The notes under the pieces are model-generated. The model searched no databases and was not told the origin of the DNA. It saw nothing but the letters and a program-made list of their open reading frames with translations. From IMG/VR virus record IMGVR_UViG_3300008108_000029: a stretch of 64,000 nucleotides of DNA; one strand, 5' to 3'. Position 1 is the stretch's first letter. Each line of letters opens with the position of its first letter. A program made the translations under genes and the position numbers. The DNA is from an uncultured virus (IMG/VR IMGVR_UViG_3300008108_000029). Lineage: Duplodnaviria > Heunggongvirae > Uroviricota > Caudoviricetes. Below, piece after piece: positions 8,937 through 18,516 of this stretch.

Positions 8937-9211
8937 TAAATCGTTTTATATTAAATGATGTGAAGTCCAATATGAATGTTAAAAACTGCAATCGCTGTTC
9001 GGGGGAAACAAAAGGAAAAACAATTCTTTCAATTTTCAACGAACAAGTGATTTGCTTGGAGTGTAAAGAAACTGAAAAAAAACACCCCAAATATGATTCG
9101 GCAGTTCAGGCAGAATATGAGCAAGTGAAAAAAGGAAACTATAATTTTGAGGGTATAGGTTTACCTGATGATTATGATAATTTTATGAAATCAATAAAAC
9201 AAAAAATATGA
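8933..9211 (+). CDS. Small zinc-finger protein
   Basis: CNRC...SIFNEQVICLEC...GNYNFEGIG. Confidence 0.7.
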   Translation: MINRFILNDVKSNMNVKNCNRCSGETKGKTILSIFNEQVICLECKETEKKHPKYDSAVQAEYEQVKKGNYNFEGIGLPDDYDNFMKSIKQKI

Positions 9212-9606
9212 GAAGAATACAAGTAATCGGAAATCTTACTGCTGATGCAGAAGTAAAAGAAATCGTAAACGGAAGTAAAAAAGCAATCAATTTTTCTTTG
9301 GCAGCGAATGAAAAATATAAAGACGCTAATGGTCAAATGGTTGAGAAAACTTACTACTATGGTTGCACGGCATGGAGAGATACAAACGTAAAAGTTGCTG
9401 AATATCTTACGAAAGGAACAAAATTATTTATTGAAGGAAGTCCTGAAGTTGAAGTTTATAAGGATAAAAACGGGGACACAAAAGGAGCAATAAAAATTAA
9501 TGTTCAGAATTTAGAGATTTTAGGTGGTGGTTCAAAAAAAGAAGATTTGATGTCAAGCAATTCGGGTAATAATTCTAAAAAAGATGACGATGACTTACCG
9601 TTCTAA
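9208..9606 (+). CDS. ssb: Single-stranded DNA-binding protein
   Basis: IGNLTADAE, YLTKGTKLFIEG, acidic DDDDLPF tail. Confidence 0.95.
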   Translation: MRRIQVIGNLTADAEVKEIVNGSKKAINFSLAANEKYKDANGQMVEKTYYYGCTAWRDTNVKVAEYLTKGTKLFIEGSPEVEVYKDKNGDTKGAIKINVQNLEILGGGSKKEDLMSSNSGNNSKKDDDDLPF

Positions 9607-9838
9607 AATAATAAAAGCAATATTAATAATTTGTTTTTCTACAATTATATCTGCATTACTTATTTATATGGGCATAAAATTGTTTGCTGTTACAGATAGC
9701 ATATTTTATAAAACATTAGAGGTAATAACTATGCTTTTAATTGCTTTTATCTATTGGGTTGTGATTGATTTTCAGTATTATAATATAAAATGGTATAAAA
9801 AAAGAATAGAAAATGATAAAAAAAATCTTGTTAAGTAG
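9584..9838 (+). CDS. Membrane protein (2 TM)
   Basis: Two hydrophobic stretches. Confidence 0.55.
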   Translation: MTMTYRSKIIKAILIICFSTIISALLIYMGIKLFAVTDSIFYKTLEVITMLLIAFIYWVVIDFQYYNIKWYKKRIENDKKNLVK

Positions 9839-10373
9839 TTTGATATTAAGCACAGGAATTGCTTTCAGTCAAAAAATCACCACATCAGCCAAAAAAGAAG
9901 TTGATAGTGTTTACATTGTGAAATCGGTTGATGATATGACTGACAAAACATATTATTTCCCAACATTTAAAATTCCATTAATTAATAAAGCCGAAAATCA
10001 AGGATTGGGTATTTCTGCTTTTATAGATGAAAAAGAATATGATAATACAATTTACATAAAAGATTTAGATGTAAAATCTATTAATGTTGGTGGTTGTGTT
10101 GAAAAGAGTGAAATAATTTTTTTATTTGAAGATGGTTCAAAAATCAACCTTATATCTTGGAATAAGTTTAATTGTGATGGAAATTCTTGGTTTGAGATAC
10201 CTGAAAGTGATTCCGAAATATTATCAACAAAAGAATTAAGAAAAGTTAAGTTTATCAATGGTAGGAGTTATGATAGTTTTACTTTGGAAGTTCCTGCGAA
10301 TAGGAGAAGATATTTCATCCAACTTTATGACGCTGTTAAAAACAATAGAGTAGTAACTATTAATAAAAAATAA
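9813..10373 (+). CDS. Secreted/periplasmic protein
   Basis: Signal peptide ending AFS-Q (Bacteroidota style). Confidence 0.65.
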   Translation: MIKKILLSSLILSTGIAFSQKITTSAKKEVDSVYIVKSVDDMTDKTYYFPTFKIPLINKAENQGLGISAFIDEKEYDNTIYIKDLDVKSINVGGCVEKSEIIFLFEDGSKINLISWNKFNCDGNSWFEIPESDSEILSTKELRKVKFINGRSYDSFTLEVPANRRRYFIQLYDAVKNNRVVTINKK

Positions 10374-10571
10374 GTGGAAATACAATTAACTTGCGACACA
10401 ACTGAATACGCTGTTGTTCCTGATAAAAAAATAGAAAAAACAGTTTTCTACATACACGAAAACTGCTTGGTAATATCTTTCTGTGATAAATACGATGAAG
10501 TAATTACTCAAAGTGAAATTAGTATTGAAGATGCAAGAAAATTAGTAAGAGTTTTGAATGGTAACATATAA
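10374..10571 (+). CDS. Hypothetical protein
   Basis: GTG-start ORF abutting its neighbours. Confidence 0.5.
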   Translation: MEIQLTCDTTEYAVVPDKKIEKTVFYIHENCLVISFCDKYDEVITQSEISIEDARKLVRVLNGNI

Positions 10572-10576
10572 CGAGA

Positions 10577-11218
10577 ATGGCAACATATAACGAAAATATT
10601 GAGATTTTTAAGTGTTATGTAAGAGCATCGCATTTAACAAAAGATGAAAAGGATAATCTTACTTTCCATAAAGCATACGCCTTTGCTATTCAGTCAGTTG
10701 CAGGAAAGATATTAACTTTTCATATTATGACTGACTATGGTATGATGAGGTCAAGAGTTCCTATTTCCGAAATATTTATGGAAATCCCTAAAAACGATAT
10801 TCCTTCTCATTTCAAACAACTTTGGGACTGTTTTTCCGAAAATGTTTGTGTAATAACCTACGATTATTTATACGAAAAGAGATGTCAAGTTGTATTAAAA
10901 GATGGAAATAAAATTTGGGCGACTTATTTAATGACTGTTGATTGGTATAGAAATCCATATTCGGATGAGCCGTCAGATTATAAATGTGGTCATATACTTA
11001 TAGCAGATGATGGATATTTACTTTGTCAGCCAAACAATAGAATTTATTGGAAAGATTCAAATTGGGTAACAAAAGAATTTCCTATTGAACCGAAAAATTT
11101 TAAAGTTGATACTCATATTGAATCCGTAGAAACAAATTCAGATAGATGGGTGTCAGCAGATTCAGATTGTTATTATTACGAAATAAAAGATAAAGAAAAA
11201 AATGAAAGTTTACATTAG
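10577..11218 (+). CDS. Conserved phage hypothetical protein
   Basis: QLWDCFS...KCGH.L..DDG...QPNNRI.W.D motifs. Confidence 0.7.
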   Translation: MATYNENIEIFKCYVRASHLTKDEKDNLTFHKAYAFAIQSVAGKILTFHIMTDYGMMRSRVPISEIFMEIPKNDIPSHFKQLWDCFSENVCVITYDYLYEKRCQVVLKDGNKIWATYLMTVDWYRNPYSDEPSDYKCGHILIADDGYLLCQPNNRIYWKDSNWVTKEFPIEPKNFKVDTHIESVETNSDRWVSADSDCYYYEIKDKEKNESLH

Positions 11219-11498
11219 TGGAAGAATTACAGGTTTAGAATACCAAGAGGCATACAAAAAATTTGAAGATGCCGAAGTTGAAGTTAAAAATATGGGAGGA
11301 GTTCCCGTTAATCCAATGAAATTAGAACATAAGCCCAATGCTGATTGGCATGATTTTATGGAAAAAGATATAGCCGAATTGTTAAGATGCGAAGGAATTT
11401 TTATGCTTGATAATTGGGGAAACTCAAAAGGAGCAAGATGCGAATATGCTCTTGCAAAAGAACTTGATTTAAAAATTGTATTTCAAAAACATATTTAA
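11202..11498 (+). CDS. DUF4406 (nucleoside deoxyribosyltransferase-like) protein
   Basis: KVYISGRITG...NP...WGNSKGARCE..LA. Confidence 0.9.
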   Translation: MKVYISGRITGLEYQEAYKKFEDAEVEVKNMGGVPVNPMKLEHKPNADWHDFMEKDIAELLRCEGIFMLDNWGNSKGARCEYALAKELDLKIVFQKHI

Positions 11499-11500
11499 AG

Positions 11501-11728
11501 ATGCAACATTTTATAGATACAGAAGAACACACGCACACTAAAAAACCAAGTAAATTATACAGAAAAATAAGATTGTTATTTTTCGTGATATTTATAGCAC
11601 CTGCTTTGATTCTTTTATTCAAGAATATAGGTGTCGTATTATCAAGAAGGAGAGAAGAAAAAAAGTATAAGAAGATTATTAAGAAAGGTTTGTTTTGGGA
11701 TACTGAATACTTGATTGAAAGAGATTAA
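11501..11728 (+). CDS. Small membrane protein
   Basis: One hydrophobic helix. Confidence 0.5.
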   Translation: MQHFIDTEEHTHTKKPSKLYRKIRLLFFVIFIAPALILLFKNIGVVLSRRREEKKYKKIIKKGLFWDTEYLIERD

Positions 11729-12107
11729 TATGAAAAAATTATTTTTAACGATATTATTATTATTTTTACTGACAAAAAATACTTGGGCAGATTTTACTGA
11801 AAGATTAAATGTTAAGTATGAAAGAAAATATTATGGTTGGTCAGATTACTACAATGTAGATGTAACGATAATTACGGGTTCTGAACTAAATCAAGCGACA
11901 CAATCATTTAATTATGGCATCTATAATACTTATGCTGTAATTTTTTGGGGACAGGGAAAGGCAACTGTAATAAAATTGTCGGGATATTTGATGTGTGGAA
12001 ATTATGCTCACCCTAATTGCATTGCTTACAACTACAATTTGGAAGGAATAGACCAAAATGGAACGAAGTGGTATATTTGTTTGAACGCTGATGAATACTG
12101 TTATTAA
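11715..12107 (+). CDS. Secreted hypothetical protein
   Basis: Signal peptide MKKLFLTILLLFLL. Confidence 0.6.
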   Translation: MKEINMKKLFLTILLLFLLTKNTWADFTERLNVKYERKYYGWSDYYNVDVTIITGSELNQATQSFNYGIYNTYAVIFWGQGKATVIKLSGYLMCGNYAHPNCIAYNYNLEGIDQNGTKWYICLNADEYCY

Positions 12108-12296
12108 ATGGACTTTAGAAAAGAATATAAATATTTAGGTGAAAAATTTTTTGAACTCACTCACGATTTAACTATGCGTGATTGGAAAAAAATAAGGGAT
12201 AAGACGTATTGGCAATCTGATTTTATGAACAATGATTTAGATAGATTAAGACATAAAATAGAATGTATAAGAGTATGGAGAATGAAAAACAAATAA
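12108..12296 (+). CDS. Hypothetical protein
   Basis: Abutting ORF. Confidence 0.55.
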   Translation: MDFRKEYKYLGEKFFELTHDLTMRDWKKIRDKTYWQSDFMNNDLDRLRHKIECIRVWRMKNK

Positions 12297-13303
12297 ATAT
12301 GCAAAAAATATCAATTTTAGAATTAGAGTATATGCTTGGCATAAAGCAAAGGTCATTAACTCAAACAGATGGTTTCCCTAAATATGTATCAAAAGAAAAC
12401 GGGATACCTTTTTATGATAAGGTTGAAGTTGAAAATTTTTTAGGAATTTCTTTGAGTGAGCCATTGATAAATTTAAAACAAGCGTCTGAAATAATAAATA
12501 AAAATCCATCTAAAATAATGTATTGGGTAAAATGTGGGATTATACCTTATTACAGGATAAAAGAATCAAAAGGTTCAAAATTCTACTTCAAAAAAAATGA
12601 ATTAGAAACTTGGTTTAATGATTATTTTAAAGTTGAAAAAGATGACGAGTTCTATTTTAAGGGAATGTTTACAAAATTAGCAAAAGAAGGTATTTATAGA
12701 TTTTTAAACAACTCTAAAAGCAAGATATTAGGATTAGGAGAAAGAGAAAATTACATTTTAGAATCAGTTTTTTTAAATGATTTAACTTTTAATCAAATAG
12801 GAAACAAATTAGATATAACAAGAGATAGGGCAAGGCAAATATTTTATAAATCAATTAGAAGAATTAATAATTCCTTGACTTCAATAAGCGATAATTTTGA
12901 ATTGAAAAAAAAGATAGAAGAATTGGATAAAGAAAAAGAATTATTGCTTAATGAAATAAAAGTTTTAAAAGAAAAGATTACCGATGAAGATTTTATAAAA
13001 TCAACTCAAGATTCAGAAAGACCTGCTCTTGAAAAATTATTATTTACTGATATAACAAAACTTGATGATTATTTTAGTGTGAGAGTTATGAATATATTTA
13101 AAAAATACGAAATTCCAAATTTAGGATATTTAATTCAGTTCCAAAAAAACCGAATAATATCTTTTAGGAATTTAGGTATGAAATCGCTTAATGAAATAAT
13201 TGATTCTTTAAAACATTTAGATTTAAAATTCATAGAAGATTATGAGCCAAACGATATTAGAGGTCAATTAATTAAATCAATAACAGGATGGAAACAGAGA
13301 TAA
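12263..13303 (+). CDS. Xis/MerR-type HTH, sigma70 region-4 and RNA polymerase alpha-CTD fusion
   Basis: INLKQASEI...YFKKNELETW; LTFNQIGNKLDITRDRARQI; FSVRVMNIFK...FRNLGMKSLNEI. Confidence 0.75.
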   Translation: MYKSMENEKQINMQKISILELEYMLGIKQRSLTQTDGFPKYVSKENGIPFYDKVEVENFLGISLSEPLINLKQASEIINKNPSKIMYWVKCGIIPYYRIKESKGSKFYFKKNELETWFNDYFKVEKDDEFYFKGMFTKLAKEGIYRFLNNSKSKILGLGERENYILESVFLNDLTFNQIGNKLDITRDRARQIFYKSIRRINNSLTSISDNFELKKKIEELDKEKELLLNEIKVLKEKITDEDFIKSTQDSERPALEKLLFTDITKLDDYFSVRVMNIFKKYEIPNLGYLIQFQKNRIISFRNLGMKSLNEIIDSLKHLDLKFIEDYEPNDIRGQLIKSITGWKQR

Positions 13304-14094
13304 AAGAAAAAGTAAAAAAACTAAATCTTGATAAGCCAATAGTTTTTTATGATTTAGAAACAACAGGTTTAGATGTTGGTTCAGATAGAATAATATCTAT
13401 ATCAGTAACTAAAGTTATGCCTGATGGCGAAATGATTTCAAAAAACAGTTTGATTAATCCTATGATTAAGATTAGTCCTGAAGCAACTGCTATTCACGGA
13501 ATTAAAAATGAAGATTTAATTGATAAACCAAAATTTGCTCAACTTGCAAAATCTATGTATGATTTTATGAAAGATTCATATTTAGCAGGTTACAATAATA
13601 ATTACTTTGATAATTCAATGTTGCAGGAGGAGTTTTTAAGATGCGAAATAGAATTTCCTTCTTATGATACTATTAGTTTAGATGCCTGTGCAATATTTAA
13701 ACACTTTGAAAAAAGAGATTTGACTGCTGCACTTAAATTTTATTGCGATAAGGAATTAGAAAATGCCCACGATTCAAATGCTGATACAGAAGCAACCATT
13801 CAGGTTTTCTTTGCTCAACTTGAAAAATATGATGAACTGAATGGAAAATCTATGCTTGAGGTATCAAAGGTTGGAAAAAATGATAATGTTGTAGATTTTC
13901 AAGGTAGAATAGTTTTAGATGCCGATGGTGATTATTGTTGGAATTTTGGAAAATCAAAAGGCAAAAAAATAAAGAATGAAAAAAGTTTTGCTGATTGGAT
14001 ACTTACAAATAACTTCCCCCTATCATTTAAAAACTTGGTTAAAAAGATAATTTTAGAATTAAATAATAAAAACAAACAAACATCTCTTTTATGA
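13288..14094 (+). CDS. DEDDh 3'-5' exonuclease (DNA polymerase III epsilon-like)
   Basis: YDLETTG, GYNNNYFD, AHDSNADT; C-terminal NFGK.KG. Confidence 0.92.
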   Translation: METEIKEKVKKLNLDKPIVFYDLETTGLDVGSDRIISISVTKVMPDGEMISKNSLINPMIKISPEATAIHGIKNEDLIDKPKFAQLAKSMYDFMKDSYLAGYNNNYFDNSMLQEEFLRCEIEFPSYDTISLDACAIFKHFEKRDLTAALKFYCDKELENAHDSNADTEATIQVFFAQLEKYDELNGKSMLEVSKVGKNDNVVDFQGRIVLDADGDYCWNFGKSKGKKIKNEKSFADWILTNNFPLSFKNLVKKIILELNNKNKQTSLL

Positions 14095-14342
14095 AAACAG
14101 ATAATTTAAGAATAGCAGTAGAAAGTGCTATGAAAAAAGAAACAGAAAAAGAAAGAATTATAGCAATTTTAGATTGTGTTCGTGGATATAAAAACGAATA
14201 TGACGCAAAAACTCAAAAGGCAGAAATGGATGGATTTATGAAATGTAAAAATGAATACAGACATCAAATCAAAAAAATATTACTGATTTTGGATGATTTA
14301 AAATCAGAGCCACCATCATCACAATTCCATCACCATCATTAA
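14091..14342 (+). CDS. Hypothetical protein
   Basis: ATGA-coupled ORF. Confidence 0.6.
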   Translation: MKTDNLRIAVESAMKKETEKERIIAILDCVRGYKNEYDAKTQKAEMDGFMKCKNEYRHQIKKILLILDDLKSEPPSSQFHHHH

Positions 14343-14351
14343 ATATTCATC

Positions 14352-14732
14352 GTGGGCAAGATAAAAATTATATTCAACGGGGTTACGAAAACAATATCTA
14401 TAAGTGATAAGTTCGCAACTGAATTGAGGGTATGGGAGGAATTTGCTGAAATGGCTCTTGAATCAATGTCGTCTAAAATTCCTTATGAGTATAAAAGCGT
14501 TCCAATAACAGAACTACCAAAAGAAGTGGCTGAAAACTATTTCAAAATAACAGAATTGGAAAGGCAGTATGATGCGTATGAGGTAAAGATGGTGGACAAA
14601 TTAATCAAGAAAATAGAAAAAGAATTTAAAACAAAGGTTTGGAAAAATTCATTTCATTGGGTTAAGTTTGACCCAACTATTCAAGATAACGAAGAAAACA
14701 TCAACGGATGCTTTGATTGTTTTGATTATTGA
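14352..14732 (+). CDS. Hypothetical protein
   Basis: 126-aa ORF. Confidence 0.6.
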   Translation: MGKIKIIFNGVTKTISISDKFATELRVWEEFAEMALESMSSKIPYEYKSVPITELPKEVAENYFKITELERQYDAYEVKMVDKLIKKIEKEFKTKVWKNSFHWVKFDPTIQDNEENINGCFDCFDY

Positions 14733-14788
14733 TTTTGATTTTTTATTATTTTTATAAATAAACATATTATTTTTTACGACAATATAAT

Positions 14789-14796
14789 TATATTTG
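14789..14796 (+). promoter_or_regulatory. -7 promoter box
   Basis: TATATTTG 13 nt before ATG 14810. Confidence 0.55.
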
Positions 14797-14809
14797 TAAA
14801 AAACAATGT

Positions 14810-15160
14810 ATGTTTATAGTAACGGGTAAACTTTCAAATAAGTCAAACATCAAAACGGGGGTATCCGAAAAAGGTGCTTGGAAAATAATCAATTTCTTGA
14901 TTGAGAAAACAAGAAAAAGAAAGCCGATAAAAATACCGATTACAGCAAAAGGTAAGTTGGCAGAAAAAATTGAATCAATAGCGTTAGGTGAAAAGATAGT
15001 TGTTAAATTTTATATTGAAGGGAAAAAATATAATGATAAATACTTTACTGATTGCGTGGCTATTGATATTGATAAATATGTCCCTAAATCAAAAGTGTTG
15101 TATGGAAACGTGAGGGATAATGATTTTGAATTTACTAAAGACAATAATTTATTTCAATAA
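14810..15160 (+). CDS. DUF3127 OB-fold ssDNA-binding-like protein
   Basis: TG.S.KG.W...F..E...V.F.IEGK.YN.KYFTD..A..I. Confidence 0.75.
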   Translation: MFIVTGKLSNKSNIKTGVSEKGAWKIINFLIEKTRKRKPIKIPITAKGKLAEKIESIALGEKIVVKFYIEGKKYNDKYFTDCVAIDIDKYVPKSKVLYGNVRDNDFEFTKDNNLFQ

Positions 15161-15167
15161 ATAAAAA

Positions 15168-15389
15168 ATGGAGAACAAAAAAACACGATTAAAAAAAATA
15201 CTGATGTATAAAGGCATCACTCAAAAAGAGTTGTCGGAAATGACAGGTATAGGGGTAGATAAAATCAGTAACCTGTGTTCAGGTAAACAAACAAATCTTC
15301 ATCTGACAAGTGCTAAAAAAATAGCATACTCATTAGGACTTACTCTTGATGATGTTTTTGGAGGGGACGAACCAATTAAAGAAAATTAA
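15168..15389 (+). CDS. XRE-family HTH regulator
   Basis: ITQKELSEMTGI...AKKIAYSLGLTLDDVF. Confidence 0.9.
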   Translation: MENKKTRLKKILMYKGITQKELSEMTGIGVDKISNLCSGKQTNLHLTSAKKIAYSLGLTLDDVFGGDEPIKEN

Positions 15390-15390
15390 T

Positions 15391-15834
15391 ATGGAAAATA
15401 ATAACGGAAGTAATTTTTTGGAATTAACAAATCACGAAAAAAATGTGCTATTGCCTTTAGTAGTGCAAATACTTCAACACAGGGACACTAAACAGAAAGT
15501 TTTTAGTAATTTAAAAATTAGAAACGTATTGAGAGAGTTTGGTGAAGAAATAAAAGATAGTCAAATTAGAAAATTAGTTTTTCATATAAGAAACAAAAAT
15601 TTAATTGAATTATTAATAGCAAACAGCAATGGATACTTTGTTGCATCTAACATAGATGACGTAAGGGCTTGGATTGATACCCATAAGGGAAAGATTATGG
15701 CAATGGAAAAAACATTGAATAGCATAGAAAAACAATTTGAAAAAAATATGTATCTTCTTAAAGAGGGAAATAGTGATTTAATTGGGCAATTATCTATTTT
15801 TGATTTTAGCGAAGGTGGAGAAATAAATAACTAA
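15391..15834 (+). CDS. Winged-helix-like protein
   Basis: IRKLVFHIR...IANSNGYFVA; ATG 15391 preferred over 15346; ends FSEGGEINN. Confidence 0.6.
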   Translation: MENNNGSNFLELTNHEKNVLLPLVVQILQHRDTKQKVFSNLKIRNVLREFGEEIKDSQIRKLVFHIRNKNLIELLIANSNGYFVASNIDDVRAWIDTHKGKIMAMEKTLNSIEKQFEKNMYLLKEGNSDLIGQLSIFDFSEGGEINN

Positions 15835-16464
15835 ATGAATTTAGAAGATTTAATAAAAGATAAACAAGATTTACACGAGGATTTAAGACCATACGTTGAG
15901 GTTGGTAGTTATTTTCCTATGATAAAGCATCCGTTAATTTTTAGCATACCTTACCTTGAGCAAATGAACCCTTTGGTAAATATGCAATATAAACAAAAAA
16001 AGGAATTAGTGAAAAAAGCGTTAAAACAAAAGGATTATGATTCTTACATTTGGTTACACGAAAGACCTTTTAGATTAAACGCTTTTACGGATATTAAGCA
16101 TAAACTTAAAAGTAAACAATATTGGAGTATTTTATCAGACATTTGGAGAGATAGTGAAAATATTTGGCAAAACAAACCTATTTGGCTATATCTTTTTTTA
16201 TTAGAAATACCAAACAGGGAATATTTTATGAGTTCAGAGGACAGGGCTGCATTTAATAATTTACCAAACGAAATTATTGTTTATCGTGGTTATGATGAAA
16301 ATAATAAATCAGGTTACTCATATACATTAGATAGGAAAAAAGCAGAATGGTTCGCAAGAAGATTTGATAAAAACGGAAAGGTATTAAAAAGGAAAGTCAA
16401 AAAAGAAGATATTTTTGCTTACACAAACCAAAGAGGAGAAAATGAAGTTATAATATTGAAGTAA
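15835..16464 (+). CDS. Putative R-S-E ADP-ribosyltransferase-fold protein
   Basis: VYRG...SYTLDRKKAEWFA...RGENEVII. Confidence 0.55.
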   Translation: MNLEDLIKDKQDLHEDLRPYVEVGSYFPMIKHPLIFSIPYLEQMNPLVNMQYKQKKELVKKALKQKDYDSYIWLHERPFRLNAFTDIKHKLKSKQYWSILSDIWRDSENIWQNKPIWLYLFLLEIPNREYFMSSEDRAAFNNLPNEIIVYRGYDENNKSGYSYTLDRKKAEWFARRFDKNGKVLKRKVKKEDIFAYTNQRGENEVIILK

Positions 16465-16489
16465 AAACCAAAACCAAAACCAAAAGACA

Positions 16490-18055
16490 ATGAAATCAGT
16501 TTTAGATTTAACCAAAGCAATAACCGATGACGATTATTATAGAGAGCAATTCAGTTCGGGAGCAGATAAGAACATATTATTCGTAGAACCACAACTAACG
16601 TCTAAACATCTTTATAAGTTCATCCTACCATTTTTCTCTTTTTATAATGAAAGAGTTTTTACGGCTATAACAGGACTTGATAAATACGACCCATACAAAC
16701 AAATTGTTGGAATTGAAACCAACCTTAATCAAAAACAAATTAAGTGGGCAAACTACATTGTGTTTCCTTTTACAACTATGGATTTAACAAAAGAATATGG
16801 GGTTTATCAGGCAATAAGAGAAGTTAATCCTGATGCTAAAATAGTTTTCTTTATAGATTTTAATTTCTATGATATGCCAAATGACCACCCACATAAAGAA
16901 TTGTTTAATTTCCCTAATACTTTAGAATCTGTTGAGAAAAACATTCTGTTATCTGATTTGTGTCTTTCTAATAATCTACAACTGTATAGATTTATATTCA
17001 AAAAGTTTAATAACCTCGCTTCTACAAAGTATGCAGACATTGAGGAAATTCCCGTTAGGTTTGCTTGTTTCCCATATTTTATTGATACTCAAATAGTTTT
17101 ACAAAATGTTGATTTTGATTTTAATAAACCTGAAAGTGTAATAAACAAAGATATTTTTAAGAAGGTAGCAGAAGTTGCTGATGAACTTAAAAAAGAAGAT
17201 TTAGATAATAATAAGGACAAAGCAGAAAGATTAGAAAATAAAAAGCCGAAAAAAAATGAACCTAAAACTGTTAAAATAGAATCTAAAAAAAGAGGCAGAC
17301 CTAAAAAAGAAGAAAATAAATCAGAGCAAACTGAAGAACAGGAAAGTCAAGTAGCACCTGATACACCTGAACCCCCCCCTATAAATAAAGAAATTAAATC
17401 TGAACAACAACAGGAAACACAATCCGAACAAACACAATCCGAACAAACACAATCCGAACAAACACAATCCGAACAAACATCCGAACAACCCAATAGCATT
17501 GAAAATTTACCTAAAAAATTAAGAGTAGGAATTATTTGTTCAAAAAGTAGTTATGGAGATATAAAATCATATAATCAAGAATTTCAGCAAATCAATGATA
17601 AGTATGGCGATGATATAACTTTAATATTTTTAGGTTATGACTATGATGAAGATGAAAGTAAAATTTTAGATGGAGTGAATTTTGAATATACAAAACAAGT
17701 ATCTATAATCCACTATTTCAAACAGTTGCAGGGATTGAATTTAGATTTAGTTTTCATTCCATTAAGAAAAAGCATTTTCAATATAACAAGCGAAGGAATT
17801 AATAAATATTTAGAGTGTGGCGTTCTTAAAATTCCAATTATGGTTGATGATATGTTCCCATATAATCAGTTGATTGTGAATGAAAGAAATGGTTTTTTAT
17901 ATGGTGGTAAGCAAAATTTTCTAATTGAATTTGATAAAATTGTAAGAAACCCTGACTTGATAAAAACAGTTGGAGATGGTAGCAGAAAAGATGTGATTAA
18001 AAATTACACTTATACGCCTAATAATATGGAAGTTATGCACTCAATATATTCTTAA
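16490..18055 (+). CDS. GT-B glycosyltransferase-like protein with low-complexity insert
   Basis: LDLVFIPL...FN...INKYLE.GVL.IP......PY...IVNERNGFL; insert contains KKRGRPKK. Confidence 0.7.
   Translation: MKSVLDLTKAITDDDYYREQFSSGADKNILFVEPQLTSKHLYKFILPFFSFYNERVFTAITGLDKYDPYKQIVGIETNLNQKQIKWANYIVFPFTTMDLTKEYGVYQAIREVNPDAKIVFFIDFNFYDMPNDHPHKELFNFPNTLESVEKNILLSDLCLSNNLQLYRFIFKKFNNLASTKYADIEEIPVRFACFPYFIDTQIVLQNVDFDFNKPESVINKDIFKKVAEVADELKKEDLDNNKDKAERLENKKPKKNEPKTVKIESKKRGRPKKEENKSEQTEEQESQVAPDTPEPPPINKEIKSEQQQETQSEQTQSEQTQSEQTQSEQTSEQPNSIENLPKKLRVGIICSKSSYGDIKSYNQEFQQINDKYGDDITLIFLGYDYDEDESKILDGVNFEYTKQVSIIHYFKQLQGLNLDLVFIPLRKSIFNITSEGINKYLECGVLKIPIMVDDMFPYNQLIVNERNGFLYGGKQNFLIEFDKIVRNPDLIKTVGDGSRKDVIKNYTYTPNNMEVMHSIYS
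17417..17488 (+). repeat. 15-bp tandem repeat encoding TQSEQ
   Basis: ACACAATCCGAACAA x4 plus a partial copy. Confidence 0.95.
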
Positions 18056-18057
18056 TT

Positions 18058-18516
18058 ATGAATTTGAAAAGTAAAATAAAAAAAGTCAGCGAGTTAGCCG
18101 AAAGAGGAATTGATGGCGAAAAGGAAAATGCAAAAGCAAAACTTATAGAACTTCAAGAAAAATATAAAACGACACATAAACAAATTAAAAAACAAAGAAT
18201 CTTTAAATTAGCAAACTTTGAGGATTGTAAAGACATAATGGCTCATTGCATACTTGACGTTGATATTGATGCACAGATTGAAGGTAGTAAGCAAAAAAAA
18301 GAACTGTATTGCAATTTAACAAAAGAGCAATACGATAAGGTTTGCGAAAATTTTAATTGGTATTATCCTTCGTATGTAACTATGAAAGATTATTTGTTGA
18401 AAGGATTTGTTTTGTCAAAAAAATTAGGAGTTAATTCTAATCAGATTGATACTGAATCAGAAATTAACTCCATAATTAAATACATAAATAACGAATTGTT
18501 ATCTCATCGGAAATGA
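18058..18516 (+). CDS. Hypothetical protein (DUF2786-like N-terminus)
   Basis: KIKKV.ELAERG..GEKENA...L..L..KY. Confidence 0.55.
   Translation: MNLKSKIKKVSELAERGIDGEKENAKAKLIELQEKYKTTHKQIKKQRIFKLANFEDCKDIMAHCILDVDIDAQIEGSKQKKELYCNLTKEQYDKVCENFNWYYPSYVTMKDYLLKGFVLSKKLGVNSNQIDTESEINSIIKYINNELLSHRK

Noticed and set aside
2089..17488. Tandem repeats at 2089 and 17417 as CRISPR arrays
   Set aside because: Units are short and contiguous with no spacers; no cas genes seen.
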